Part shown: piece by piece, positions 15,380-24,797 of the stretch
Layout: every line of letters begins with the position of its first letter
Numbering within the stretch: position 1 is the stretch's first letter
DNA from: Fibrobacterota bacterium
GTDB taxonomy: Bacteria > Fibrobacterota > Fibrobacteria > UBA11236
Assembly (NCBI GenBank): GCA_043753995.1
Contig: JAYUVP010000053.1
Location: 1 to 24,797 of the forward strand
Reading direction: 5' to 3'
DNA: 24,797 nt
Translations under genes and position numbers: made by a program
The notes under the pieces: generated by a model
Seen by the model: only the letters and a program-made list of their open reading frames with translations
Told to the model about the DNA's origin: nothing
Databases searched by the model: none

Positions 15380-16731
15380 ATACTTCATCCGGCACAGCCG
15401 GTTTTCGTGTACCACCCCAGGCCGTCGAGGTCGAAAAGCATGTCATTGGCGCCATGCTTCTCGATTCCGATGCTGTCGGTTTGGCCGCCGAAACCATTAC
15501 GCGCGACGACTTTTATCTCGAACGCCATCAAGTCCTGTATGAAAGCCTGACCACGCTTTTCGAGCAGAATCAGGCCGTCGATTTGCTCACCTTGGCCGAG
15601 GCTTTACGCAAAACGGGCAAGCTCGAAGCCGCGGGTGGCGAAGCCTATTTACTGGAAATATCTGCCGAGGTGGTGAGCTCAGCCAATGTGGTCGATCATG
15701 CTCGCATCGTGAAGGAAAAGGCCTTGCTGCGGCGCCTGATTGCTGCGGCCACACGCATGCTAGAGCGGGCCTATGACGCCACTCAGGACCCGCCCCAGCT
15801 TATCGATCAAGCAGAAGCCGATGTTTATGCCATTGCCGAGACTAGGGTCAAGCAGGGCTTTGTTCCCATCAAATCGATTTTGGCGGACACCTTCAAGCTC
15901 ATCGAAAGCTATGCCAAGGGTTCGCTGATTGGTGTGCCCTCGGGCCTACGCGATCTCGACAAGGAAACCTCGGGTTTTCAAAAAACCGATCTCATCATTT
16001 TGGCGGGCCGACCCGCTATGGGAAAAACCGCGGTGGCGCTTTCCATGCTTGCCAATGCGGCTATTCAGCACGGTAAGTCCATGGCTTTCTTCTCCTTGGA
16101 AATGGGTCGCGAGCAATTGGTTCAGCGTATTTTGTGCCGCGAGGCCAAGGTCAATATGCATATGCTGCGCACGGGCCAATTGCCCCAGCGCGACTATCCC
16201 AAGCTATCCCTGGCCGTAGGTCCTATTAGCGAATCGCGCATTTGGATAGACGACAATCCCAGTTTGAACATTCTCGAATTGCGAGCCAAATGCCGCCGCC
16301 TCAAAGCCCAGCAAGGCCTCGACATGGTGGTCATCGACTATTTGCAGTTGATGGCGGGCGCGGGCAAGGTCGAGAATCGCCAGCAGGAAATCAGCCAAAT
16401 CTCACGCGGTCTCAAAGCTCTTGCAAAGGAGCTGGAAATTCCGGTGATGGCCTTGTCCCAGCTCAATCGCGGAGTGGAAACCCGCGGCGGCGACGGCGAG
16501 CCCAAGCTTGCCGATTTGCGCGAATCGGGTGCTATCGAGCAGGATGCCGATATCGTGATGTTCATCTATCGCGAAGAGGTCTATAATAAGGAGGCGGAGA
16601 AAGGCAAGGCCAAAATCATTTTGGCCAAACAGCGTAATGGACCCACGGGAGATGTTCCTTTGACCTTTATAAGCGATTATGCCAGCTTCGAGAATTATTC
16701 GCCTCGCGTCAATGAAAACGAAGCCTTTTAG
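15349..16731 (+). CDS. dnaB: Replicative DNA helicase
   Basis: Motifs PPQAVEVE, GRPAMGKT, FFSLEM, IDYLQLM, ALSQLNR, DLRESGAIEQDAD and KQRNGPTG. The start is uncertain (ATG 15337 or 15349) and overlaps the upstream gene. Confidence 0.98.
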   Translation: MSAGKGRFDLNTSSGTAGFRVPPQAVEVEKHVIGAMLLDSDAVGLAAETITRDDFYLERHQVLYESLTTLFEQNQAVDLLTLAEALRKTGKLEAAGGEAYLLEISAEVVSSANVVDHARIVKEKALLRRLIAAATRMLERAYDATQDPPQLIDQAEADVYAIAETRVKQGFVPIKSILADTFKLIESYAKGSLIGVPSGLRDLDKETSGFQKTDLIILAGRPAMGKTAVALSMLANAAIQHGKSMAFFSLEMGREQLVQRILCREAKVNMHMLRTGQLPQRDYPKLSLAVGPISESRIWIDDNPSLNILELRAKCRRLKAQQGLDMVVIDYLQLMAGAGKVENRQQEISQISRGLKALAKELEIPVMALSQLNRGVETRGGDGEPKLADLRESGAIEQDADIVMFIYREEVYNKEAEKGKAKIILAKQRNGPTGDVPLTFISDYASFENYSPRVNENEAF

Positions 16732-16749
16732 GCCTTGGGCAAAACGCGC

Positions 16750-17604
16750 ATGACCGAAAGCAATTCCGTGGAGCCCATGGCCCTGAGGCGAATGCCCTTC
16801 GCCTTGGAAATCGTGGCGAGCATAGGAGCCTGGATCAACGGAGGTCTCCGGCTTTTAGTGGGCTTCATTCTAAGCCGCGTCGAAAAGTTCGGTGAAGTGA
16901 TTCGCCTGTTTTTATCCATCGTCAGTCGGCTTCCCTGGGTGGTGCGCAACCCTGAGCTTTTCGTGCAACAATTGGTGCGCGTAGGGCTTTCCTCCCTTTC
17001 CCTCATCATTGTCATTTCGGTTTTTATCGGTGCGGTCACCGCCATCCAGGCCAACTATCAATTTCGAGGTCTCATTCCCGACACCTATTTGGGCACGGCG
17101 GTTTGCAAATTCGTCATTATCGAATCCGGGCCCGTCTTATCGGCCTTGGTTTTGGCGGGCCGCATTGGCAGCGCTATTGCCGCCGAAATCGGCACCATGA
17201 AAGAAAAGGAAGAGCTCGACGCCATGGTTGTGCTCGATCTCGATCCCTTGCGTTATCTCGCCATGCCGCGTATCCTGGCAGGACTGGTAGCCTTTCCTCT
17301 GCTTGTCATCATTTCTGATTCGCTGGCCATCATTGGTGGATGGCTGGTGGCTACCCAAATCCTCAATCTGACCTCGGCGACCTATGCTTACGGCCTTCGT
17401 TTTCTATTCGACTCCTATGACATCTGGGTCGGTTTTATCAAATCGGTGGTTTTCGGAGGCATCGTCGTCACCATGGGCTATTATCATGGTCTCAAGGCAG
17501 GAGCAGGCGCCCGCGGCGTAGGCCAGGCGAGCATGCGTAGCGTCGTAGCCAGTTGTGTTCTCATTCTCATCGCGGATTTTCTCATTGTCTATGCGGTCTA
17601 CTGA
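16750..17604 (+). CDS. mlaE: MlaE-family ABC transporter permease
   Basis: ESGPVLSALVLAGRIGSAIAAEIGTMK..EELDAM...DPLRYLAMPR and GARGVG. The start is uncertain (16735 or 16750). Confidence 0.9.
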   Translation: MTESNSVEPMALRRMPFALEIVASIGAWINGGLRLLVGFILSRVEKFGEVIRLFLSIVSRLPWVVRNPELFVQQLVRVGLSSLSLIIVISVFIGAVTAIQANYQFRGLIPDTYLGTAVCKFVIIESGPVLSALVLAGRIGSAIAAEIGTMKEKEELDAMVVLDLDPLRYLAMPRILAGLVAFPLLVIISDSLAIIGGWLVATQILNLTSATYAYGLRFLFDSYDIWVGFIKSVVFGGIVVTMGYYHGLKAGAGARGVGQASMRSVVASCVLILIADFLIVYAVY

Positions 17605-17653
17605 AGCCGATTGGGACTTGACACTCGACCCACGCGACGAAAGCCGCCGGTCG

Positions 17654-18418
17654 ATGTCCCAGCCCCTGATTGAATTGCGGGGCTTGAAAAAAAGCTTTGG
17701 TTCCCAACTTGTGCTTCGCGACGTGAATTTGACCGTGAACAAGGGCGAAACCATGGTGGTCATCGGAACCTCCGGTGGCGGTAAATCGGTCATACTCAAA
17801 CATTGCATTGGGCTTTTGCAGCCCGATGGCGGCGAGGTGGTGGTCGACGGCAAGGTGATTAGTTCGCCCAGCCATATCGATGTCCAAACCATACGCAAAC
17901 GCATGGGCATGCTCTTTCAGGGGGCTGCGCTTTTTGATTCGATGACGGTAGGCGAAAACATCAAATTCGCTTTACGAGAACATAATCGGCATTTGAGCGA
18001 ATCTCAGCTTGATGAAATCGTGGCCGAAAAACTGCACCTCATCAATTTGTCACCGGACATACGCTTTAAGATGCCCAGTGAATTGTCGGGAGGCATGAAA
18101 AAGCGTTTAGGGCTAGCCCGCGTCATTGCCCTGAATCCCGAAATCATCCTTTATGACGAGCCCACTACCGGGTTGGATCCAGTCACCTCCGACGTGATCA
18201 ATGATTTGATCCTGGAAATGCAACATAAGCTTGGGGTCACCAGCATAGTGGTGACTCATGATATGGTGTCGGCTTATAAAGTGGCCAATCGCATGAGCAT
18301 GCTTTATGAGGGGCGCATCATTTTCGTAGGTTCCCCCGAAAGCCTTCGCGCCACTACCAATCCATATGTGCAGCAATTCATACGTGGCCAACGCAAATTA
18401 TTGGGCGAGTTCGACTAG
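17654..18418 (+). CDS. mlaF: MlaF-family ABC transporter ATP-binding protein
   Basis: GTSGGGKS, GMLFQGAALFDSMTVGEN, PSELSGGMKKR, YDEPTTGLDP and VTHD. Follows mlaE. Confidence 0.92.
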   Translation: MSQPLIELRGLKKSFGSQLVLRDVNLTVNKGETMVVIGTSGGGKSVILKHCIGLLQPDGGEVVVDGKVISSPSHIDVQTIRKRMGMLFQGAALFDSMTVGENIKFALREHNRHLSESQLDEIVAEKLHLINLSPDIRFKMPSELSGGMKKRLGLARVIALNPEIILYDEPTTGLDPVTSDVINDLILEMQHKLGVTSIVVTHDMVSAYKVANRMSMLYEGRIIFVGSPESLRATTNPYVQQFIRGQRKLLGEFD

Positions 18419-18497
18419 GGAACTGGAGCCCGAATTCGACTTGAAGCTCTCCTTATGGGGACGGCTTATGTCCCCATCCCAGAACTAAGTTAGAGAC

Positions 18498-19919
18498 ATG
18501 GCAAAACCCAAGATCAAAGTAGGCGACATCGTTTTCGCCTGTCGTGAATGCGGCGACACCTTTCCCAAATGGACGGGCAAGTGTCCGTCTTGCAGCACTT
18601 GGGATAGCCTGATTGAATTTCGCGAGCCCGCGGCCACAGGTAGCGAAGCGCGAGGCTTAGGAAGCCACAATATCTCGGGTGCCGAGCGCGTCAAGTCCGG
18701 CCTATCCCCTTCCAGTGGCATGATGCTTCTCAAAGACGTGCCCACCTCAGCCGAAGAGCGCATGCATACGGGTTCCAAGGAATTCGATCGCGTGCTTGGC
18801 GGTGGCCTAGTTCGCGGCTCCTTGGTTTTGATTGGCGGCGATCCAGGCATCGGTAAATCGACCTTGATGTTGCAAGTCGCGGCCACCCTCACGGCAGGAG
18901 CAGTCAAAACCCTCTATGTCACCGGCGAAGAGTCCCTGCAACAATTGCGCCTCCGGGCTTCACGCTTAAAAACACCCGGTTCAGATTTACTTGTCGCATC
19001 CGAAACCAATCTGGATGCCATTTTCAAGCTGGTAGACGAGGCCAAGCCGGAAGTTTTGGTCTTGGATTCCATTCAAACCGTTTACAAGCCCGATATCAAT
19101 GCCTCACCCGGATCCCCAGGCCAATTGCGCGAGGCCACTATGGCCCTTATGGTTATGGCCAAGAGCCGCAATTGCGCGGTCTTCTTAGTAGGTCACGTTA
19201 CCAAGGAAGGCCAGCTTGCAGGGCCGCGCTTGCTCGAACACATGGTCGACACCGTCATTTATTTCGAAGGCGAAAGGCATCATGCCTATCGCATTTTACG
19301 GGCGGTGAAAAATCGCTTTGGCGCCACCCATGAAATCGGCGTCTTTGAAATGCGGAATGAAGGGCTCATTGAGGTGGAAAACCCTTCGGAAGCCTTTATC
19401 AGCCATCGTGAGTCTCGGAATCCTGGCTCGGTGGTGACTTGCTGCTTGGAGGGCAGCCGTCCTCTGCTGATTGAAGTTCAGGCCTTGGTGGGACGCTCCA
19501 ATTATTCAGTGCCGCAACGCGTCAGTATGGGGCTCGATCAAAAACGTTTGACCATTTTGCTCGCCATCTTGGAAAAAAGCGCCGGCATTGAAATAGGCCC
19601 GCAAGACGTATTCGTAAATTTGGCCGGCGGCTTTCGTGTCGATGAGCCTGCCATTGATTTAGCCGTGGCAGCCGCCGTGGCGGGTAATCACTTGAGCAAG
19701 CCCTGCTTGCCACGGGCCATAGCCTTGGGTGAACTCGGCCTCAATGGCGAGTTGAGGCCGGTACCCCAAATCGAGGCTCGACTGAAAGAAGCCCATCGCC
19801 TTGGTTTTGAGGTGGCTATCATCCCGGCCCCGCCCAAAGGCCGAATTGAAATTAAGGGCATGCGACTACTAACTGCCAAACATATCGGTGAAGCTTGCGA
19901 CCTGCTCTTTGATCGCTGA
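18498..19919 (+). CDS. radA: DNA repair protein RadA/Sms
   Basis: C4 zinc finger (CRECG...GKCPSC), GDPGIGKST, KNRFG and a Lon-like C-terminal domain. Confidence 0.98.
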   Translation: MAKPKIKVGDIVFACRECGDTFPKWTGKCPSCSTWDSLIEFREPAATGSEARGLGSHNISGAERVKSGLSPSSGMMLLKDVPTSAEERMHTGSKEFDRVLGGGLVRGSLVLIGGDPGIGKSTLMLQVAATLTAGAVKTLYVTGEESLQQLRLRASRLKTPGSDLLVASETNLDAIFKLVDEAKPEVLVLDSIQTVYKPDINASPGSPGQLREATMALMVMAKSRNCAVFLVGHVTKEGQLAGPRLLEHMVDTVIYFEGERHHAYRILRAVKNRFGATHEIGVFEMRNEGLIEVENPSEAFISHRESRNPGSVVTCCLEGSRPLLIEVQALVGRSNYSVPQRVSMGLDQKRLTILLAILEKSAGIEIGPQDVFVNLAGGFRVDEPAIDLAVAAAVAGNHLSKPCLPRAIALGELGLNGELRPVPQIEARLKEAHRLGFEVAIIPAPPKGRIEIKGMRLLTAKHIGEACDLLFDR

Positions 19920-19936
19920 TTCCCAGAAATCCAAAC

Positions 19937-21082
19937 ATGATTCCTCATTTTAAATTGGCCACCACCTCACCTGGCAGTGCCGCACGCGCAGGCACCTTAC
20001 ATACCGATCACGGCGAGATTGAAACCCCGGTTTTTATGCCGGTGGGCACCCAGGGATCAGTCAAAGGAATCACCCCGCGAGATTTGAAGGATGCCGATGC
20101 GCGCATCATACTCGGCAATACCTATCACTTGTATTTGCGTCCCGGCTGCGAAATTATCGCCGAAGCGGGAGGCTTGCATCGATTCATAGGCTGGGATAGG
20201 GCTATGCTCACCGATTCTGGTGGCTTTCAGGTTTGGAGCTTGGATGAATTGCGAAAAATCAGCGCCAAGGGCGTAGAATTTCGATCGCATATCGACGGCA
20301 GCAAACACATGTTTACTCCGGAAGCGGTCATGGAGCATCAGCGCCGTATCGGCGCCGACATCATCATGGCCTTCGACGAATGTACCCCCTACCCCGCCAC
20401 ACCGGAACAGGTCACCAAGTCTTTAAAGTTCACCCAGGCATGGACCGAGCGTGCCTTGGAATGGCTCGCCACCCATCCTCCCCTGCATGGCTATGACCAA
20501 GCCTTTTTCGGCATTGTGCAAGGTGGCATGTATCCCGAATCACGGTTGGCGGCCATCGAGCATTTGCTGCCCTTTGACTTGCCGGGCTATGCCCTCGGCG
20601 GCCTCTCGGTTGGCGAACCAGCAGAAATCATGTATTCGGTGGCCGAGACTTGCACACGAGTCATGCCGGTGCATAAACCGCGTTATGTCATGGGTGTCGG
20701 TACACCGGAAAACTTGCTCGAACTCGTGAAACGCGGCGTCGACATGTTCGACTGCGTATTGCCAACGCGCAATGCCCGCAATGGCACGGTTTACACCTGG
20801 GCCGGCCCATTGCATTATAAGGCTGCCCGACATGCCCGGGAATTAGATATTCCCTTAGATGCAAAATGTTCCTGTTACACTTGCAAGAATTTCTCCCGAG
20901 CTTATCTCAGGCACCTATTTCATGCGGGGGAAATCGCCGCTCTGCATTTGGCCACCTTGCATAGCGTGCATTTTTTTGTGAGCCTTATGCGCGAAGCGCG
21001 AAACCATATACTGGCCGGCGACTATGAAACATGGTCGCATGATCTGATGCAAAGTTGGCGCAAACCTACCGTGGAAGCGTAA
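19937..21082 (+). CDS. tgt: tRNA-guanine(34) transglycosylase (queuine tRNA-ribosyltransferase)
   Basis: TPVFMPVGT, GNTYHL, TDSGGFQV, FDEC, GIVQGG, GGLSVGE, DMFDCV and a CSCYTC zinc site. Confidence 0.98.
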   Translation: MIPHFKLATTSPGSAARAGTLHTDHGEIETPVFMPVGTQGSVKGITPRDLKDADARIILGNTYHLYLRPGCEIIAEAGGLHRFIGWDRAMLTDSGGFQVWSLDELRKISAKGVEFRSHIDGSKHMFTPEAVMEHQRRIGADIIMAFDECTPYPATPEQVTKSLKFTQAWTERALEWLATHPPLHGYDQAFFGIVQGGMYPESRLAAIEHLLPFDLPGYALGGLSVGEPAEIMYSVAETCTRVMPVHKPRYVMGVGTPENLLELVKRGVDMFDCVLPTRNARNGTVYTWAGPLHYKAARHARELDIPLDAKCSCYTCKNFSRAYLRHLFHAGEIAALHLATLHSVHFFVSLMREARNHILAGDYETWSHDLMQSWRKPTVEA

Positions 21083-21123
21083 GCCTCTAAGCGTAGTGGT
21101 GGCTGTATTCGGTGCCAAAGCCC

Positions 21124-22560
21124 TTATTCGGCAGCCAAAGAAAACATCATCAGCTGATTATCAAGCAGGCGAATTTCTTTTTTTCCGTCTTCCGGTGTGA
21201 GCTTTTTTTCAAAGTGGAACATGTTCAAATTCACACCCCAACAGGGTCTATCGATAATTCGGAATACCCCTCTTTTTTCCATTGGTTTTTGCAGCATTTG
21301 GTGAACCATGGATTTCTCGGCCTGAATATTTTGCATCCTTTTCTTGTTTTCAACCATGCTAGTCAATAGCGCTTTAACCTCTAAGGCCACCTTGGGTGGT
21401 AAGCCGGACCCCGCTTTGTCTGCCATGGTTTTGATTTGCTTCAAACGCTTTTCGCTGTTTTCTATCAGTGGCTGCAAATGGCTTTCTGCTTCTTGGAATT
21501 TGCAAAGTGAACCACGTAATTCCTCTTCCTCTTCATTCAGCATAACAATTTCAGTTTTGTCGCCCTCATGTCCAGCTTCATAGAGGATGACGTCGCCATA
21601 GGCGAGAATCTTGCCCCCATGCACTAAGCAACCGGGAGCATCGGCCTTGAGGTGATAAGTTTTCACATCGCAATGCATCATGGATTTGGTGATGATAAGC
21701 TCTTTGCATTCAATGCGACATTGCTGCACCATGCCCAAGGTGACCGTTCCCTCCGCTTTAAGAAATGCCTTTCCCTTTCCAAAAATACCTCCAGTAACGG
21801 TTATGCCTCCTTTTCCTGCCCTTAATTCCGCGGCCTCCACGTCACCATTCACGAGCAAACTGCCCCCAGCTTCGACGCTGAATCCATCGGCTATGGTGCC
21901 ATGAATAACCACGTCGCCGGAAAAACGCACATTGCCGCTTTTATAATTGACGCCACCCTGCACTTCATAGGTTTCGCCTACGCATAGCACTCCATGGTTT
22001 TTATAAAGAAAGCCACCTTTGGTGGCTATCACCTTGGCACCGTTCTCCTTCAATTCGGTATTTAACCCAGCGGTCAAAGTTCGATCCCTTCCAAAAACCT
22101 GGGGCATTACATTTCCGAAAACATCGGTTCCTGACCTTCCTACTGTGGGGGGGCATTTGGTTGCCAATACCTGTCCAATCTTAACCTGAACAATATTGTC
22201 GATGTTTTTAAAATCGGCGCTACCATCTTGGAGTATTTGAGGCTTGCCTTCATGCCCAAGGCGTACGTGCTGCTCCATGCGGGCATCTTGACCATTTTCA
22301 GCGGGCGTCCAATGGGCAATAGGTATGGCTTGATTGTATTCCTTATTTCGCAAAAGTGTCTTAACGCGCTCCCAATCAATCCCATGAACGATGCCAAGTG
22401 AGGTCAACTTGACACGGACATCTTCCTCCGTAACCGGCCGTCCTGATAATTCCACCGAAGACTTGACTGCCAGAAAGGCGGAATCGGGGGTGGCCGTGAT
22501 GACAAAAATCGCATCCTGATCTTGCACCTTGGTTTTACTGGTCGCGAGTGATGTCGCCAT
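21124..22560 (-). CDS. FapA / DUF342 family protein (flagellar assembly-associated)
   Basis: GIVHGID, P..NGQDA, DFKNIDNIVQVKIGQVLA, G.DVFG, GNVRFSGDVVIHG beta-helix repeats and a C-terminal coiled coil. Confidence 0.88.
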   Translation of the reverse strand: MATSLATSKTKVQDQDAIFVITATPDSAFLAVKSSVELSGRPVTEEDVRVKLTSLGIVHGIDWERVKTLLRNKEYNQAIPIAHWTPAENGQDARMEQHVRLGHEGKPQILQDGSADFKNIDNIVQVKIGQVLATKCPPTVGRSGTDVFGNVMPQVFGRDRTLTAGLNTELKENGAKVIATKGGFLYKNHGVLCVGETYEVQGGVNYKSGNVRFSGDVVIHGTIADGFSVEAGGSLLVNGDVEAAELRAGKGGITVTGGIFGKGKAFLKAEGTVTLGMVQQCRIECKELIITKSMMHCDVKTYHLKADAPGCLVHGGKILAYGDVILYEAGHEGDKTEIVMLNEEEEELRGSLCKFQEAESHLQPLIENSEKRLKQIKTMADKAGSGLPPKVALEVKALLTSMVENKKRMQNIQAEKSMVHQMLQKPMEKRGVFRIIDRPCWGVNLNMFHFEKKLTPEDGKKEIRLLDNQLMMFSLAAE

Positions 22561-22820
22561 AATGCATCCCCTACCCTATCAAAAATCTCAATTGCGTTGA
22601 CCTAGCCTTCATGTGCCGGAGCCTATTCATTATCCGGGAGATCCCGTAAAAAATCAATGATTCTATCGCTATGTATATCATAGATGAATTTTTGAATTGA
22701 ATTACAGGCTAACCTGTTTCAAAATCAACAAGCAATGTTCCTGGGTGGTTTATGCCTACCTGTCTTTTTCCTCCCTAATAAGACATTCAAATAGGTTTGA
22801 GTGACACTCGTTACTTATCT

Positions 22821-22866
22821 AAGAAAAGAATTGGCCGACCTGAACTACATATTCCAGGTCGGTCAA
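22821..22866 (-). terminator. Rho-independent terminator after the chemoreceptor gene
   Basis: Minus strand TTGACCGACCTG-12 nt-CAGGTCGGCCAA hairpin followed by TTCTTTTCTT. Confidence 0.7.
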
Positions 22867-22881
22867 GTTCGATGCGGGCAA

Positions 22882-24797
22882 TCAGAACTTCCCGAACTCG
22901 CGATCGTCGAGGGCGATAACCGGCTTACCAGGGTTATGCGCCGCTGGCGAGGCGGGCCTTTTACCCTTGGCCGTCCAATCTCCCGACGAATAAACCGGTG
23001 TCGATTTGACTTCGGGCGTTGCGCGCATCGGACCTTTGTTCTGCATCATCATGAATTGCTGAAACGCGGCCAGCAATTCGGGGCTGGCCTGATTCGATAG
23101 GGTTGCGCCATGTCCATGTTGCTTCAATGTGAACTTGGATATGGTCTGCTTCAGTTGGGTGGCTTGGCCATTTAGCTCCTCACTGGCCGCCGCGCTTTCC
23201 TCGGCGCTGGAAGTGTTTTGCTGGGTGACTTGATCGAGTTGGGTCAGCCCTTGATTGATTTGGCCAATGCCTTGCGCCTGCTCATTGCTTGCCGCGGCGA
23301 TTTCTCCCACGAGGTCGGTTACCTTGCCCACTCCGGTCACAATTTCAATCAGGGATTCAGCGGTTTTCTTGGCGATTTCCCCGCCTTGATTCACCTTTTT
23401 GATCGATCCCTCAATCATCTCGGTGGTTTCTTTAGCAGCTTTGGCGCTGCGGGCCGCTAAATTGCGAACTTCCTCGGCGACGACGGCAAAGCCCTTGCCA
23501 TGGACGCCCGCGCGCGCGGCTTCGACGGCGGCATTAAGAGCCAACAGATTGGTTTGGAAGGCGATTTCGTCAATGGCCTTGATGATTTTCGAAATACTCT
23601 GACTTGATTCGTCGATGTCGGACATGGCTTTCACCATTTCCTGCATGAGCTGATTACCCTTTTCGGCATTTGCGCGTGAAGATGTCGCCAATTGATTGGC
23701 CTGGGTGGCATTCTCTGCATTTTGCTTGGTCTGACCGGCCATTTCGGTCATGGAAGCCGTGATTTCTTCAAGTGAGGAGGCCTGCTCGGTGGCTCCTTGC
23801 GACAGGGCTTGGCTTGAATCGGAAACCTGGCGGGCCCCGGTGGAGACCTGTTCGGTAGCGGTTGCGACCTGGCCCAAGATGTCGTTCAAGCTGTCGAGGG
23901 TGTCGTTCAAGGCATTCTTTAAAAGCTGATGATCGCCTTTGTAATTACCCGTCACATAAGCCGTGAGATCGCCCACAGATACTTTTTCGAGTTTGCCGCG
24001 CAATTCATTGATGGGCTCAACAATGGAATCAATGATGTCATTGATGCCTTGCATGACGGGGCGCCAATCATCGTCCAGCTTCAATAAATCACCGCGTTCC
24101 GAAAGGCGGCCCTCTTTACCTGCCATGACAACGCGATCGACTTCTTCGGAGTAGACCTCCTTGGCCCGGTCTTTGGCGAATTGTGTGAGTTTTTGCTGGG
24201 TGATATCCGTAGCGTATTTTACCACCTTAAATGGTTTGCCATTCATATCGAGGATAGGGTTGTAGGAAGCTTGAATCCAAACCTCTTTGCCGCCCTTGCC
24301 TAGACGCTTATATTCAGCAGCATCGAATTCGCCGCGATTCAGCTTTTCCCAGAAGGCGACATATTCATGGCTTTGAGCATAGCCTGCATCAGCGAACATA
24401 CGGTGATGGCGGCCCTTGATCTCTTCGAGGCTATAACCAAGAGTTTTCAAGAAATTGTCATTGGCTGTGATGATGGTGCCGTCCATTTGAAATTCAATGA
24501 CGGCCTGGGCCTTGCTAACCGCCTTGAGTTGTCCTTCATAATCGGCATTTTTAAGTTTGGCAGCCGTGACGTCGGTGGCAAATTTGATCACGCGATACGG
24601 TTTTCCAGCCTTGTCGAAAAGCGGGTTATACGAGGCTTGAATCCAAACCTCTTTGCCGCCCTTGCCGATGCGCTTGTATTCGGCGGCATCGAATTCTCCA
24701 CGATTGAGTTTATCCCAAAAGAGCCGGTATTCATGGCTTTGCGCATAGGCAGAATCCACAAACATCCGGTGATGCTTGCCTTGAATTTCATCCAGGG
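22882..24797 (-). CDS. Methyl-accepting chemotaxis protein with tandem PAS/PAC domains and HAMP, 5'-partial
   Basis: The frame is open beyond the window end. Repeated FW.KL.RGEF...[19 protein letters not shown] units, hairpin [20 protein letters not shown], and C-terminal LDDREFGKF. Confidence 0.97.
   Translation of the reverse strand, partial: LDEIQGKHHRMFVDSAYAQSHEYRLFWDKLNRGEFDAAEYKRIGKGGKEVWIQASYNPLFDKAGKPYRVIKFATDVTAAKLKNADYEGQLKAVSKAQAVIEFQMDGTIITANDNFLKTLGYSLEEIKGRHHRMFADAGYAQSHEYVAFWEKLNRGEFDAAEYKRLGKGGKEVWIQASYNPILDMNGKPFKVVKYATDITQQKLTQFAKDRAKEVYSEEVDRVVMAGKEGRLSERGDLLKLDDDWRPVMQGINDIIDSIVEPINELRGKLEKVSVGDLTAYVTGNYKGDHQLLKNALNDTLDSLNDILGQVATATEQVSTGARQVSDSSQALSQGATEQASSLEEITASMTEMAGQTKQNAENATQANQLATSSRANAEKGNQLMQEMVKAMSDIDESSQSISKIIKAIDEIAFQTNLLALNAAVEAARAGVHGKGFAVVAEEVRNLAARSAKAAKETTEMIEGSIKKVNQGGEIAKKTAESLIEIVTGVGKVTDLVGEIAAASNEQAQGIGQINQGLTQLDQVTQQNTSSAEESAAASEELNGQATQLKQTISKFTLKQHGHGATLSNQASPELLAAFQQFMMMQNKGPMRATPEVKSTPVYSSGDWTAKGKRPASPAAHNPGKPVIALDDREFGKF
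24269..24666. repeat. Intragenic direct repeat of the PAS-PAC module, period 366 bp
   Basis: The 32-mer GCTTGAATCCAAACCTCTTTGCCGCCCTTGCC is identical at 24269-24300 and 24635-24666, with similar flanks. Confidence 0.9.

Noticed and set aside
15349..16731. Intein in DnaB
   Set aside because: The length is normal and the helicase motifs are contiguous, with no insertion.
19937..21082. Non-canonical (queuine-salvage or DNA-modifying) TGT
   Set aside because: It retains FDEC and GGLSVGE as in classic bacterial preQ1-inserting TGT, and no dpd genes are nearby.
22625..22695. Sigma28 promoter for the FapA gene
   Set aside because: Only weak -10 look-alikes (CCGGATAA, AGCGATAG on the minus strand) are present, without a properly spaced TAAA/TCAA.
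307..24791. Numerous 60-185 aa alternative-frame and antisense ORFs in the track (e.g. 11429-11983, 17404-17910, 4338-4835)
   Set aside because: They overlap well-supported genes, lack recognisable motifs or RBSs and are expected shadow ORFs.

Overview
Bacterial chromosomal segment, probably FCB group and plausibly Fibrobacterota-like. This is an inference from the rpoZ-coaBC-udg-dnaB order and gene content and was not verified. The key non-coding feature is a canonical 28-bp XerC/XerD dif site at 2225-2252, with KOPS-like octamers changing polarity across it, so the window probably spans the replication terminus. Left of dif are a partial flavin reductase, a PHP-fold metallohydrolase and a small Arg-rich ORF. 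Right of dif is an accessory-looking patch: a YchJ/SEC-C gene interrupted by an in-frame TAA, a CxxCxxCC (YkgJ-like) gene, and a DUF4157-OmpA protein ending in a Cys-rich domain that resembles the AMOP domain. Next come a coiled-coil protein, a TPR protein, tRNA-Gln(CTG), a 60-aa ORF with a sigma28-like promoter, a heterodimeric ABC exporter and tRNA-Ser(GGA). These are followed by a divergent rpoZ, coaBC, a catalytically dead family-4 UDG-fold protein, dnaB, mlaE/mlaF, radA and tgt. On the minus strand at the right end are a FapA/DUF342 gene and a partial multi-PAS chemoreceptor. No integrase, transposase or CRISPR array was seen. All assignments come from motif recognition by eye; no searches were run.
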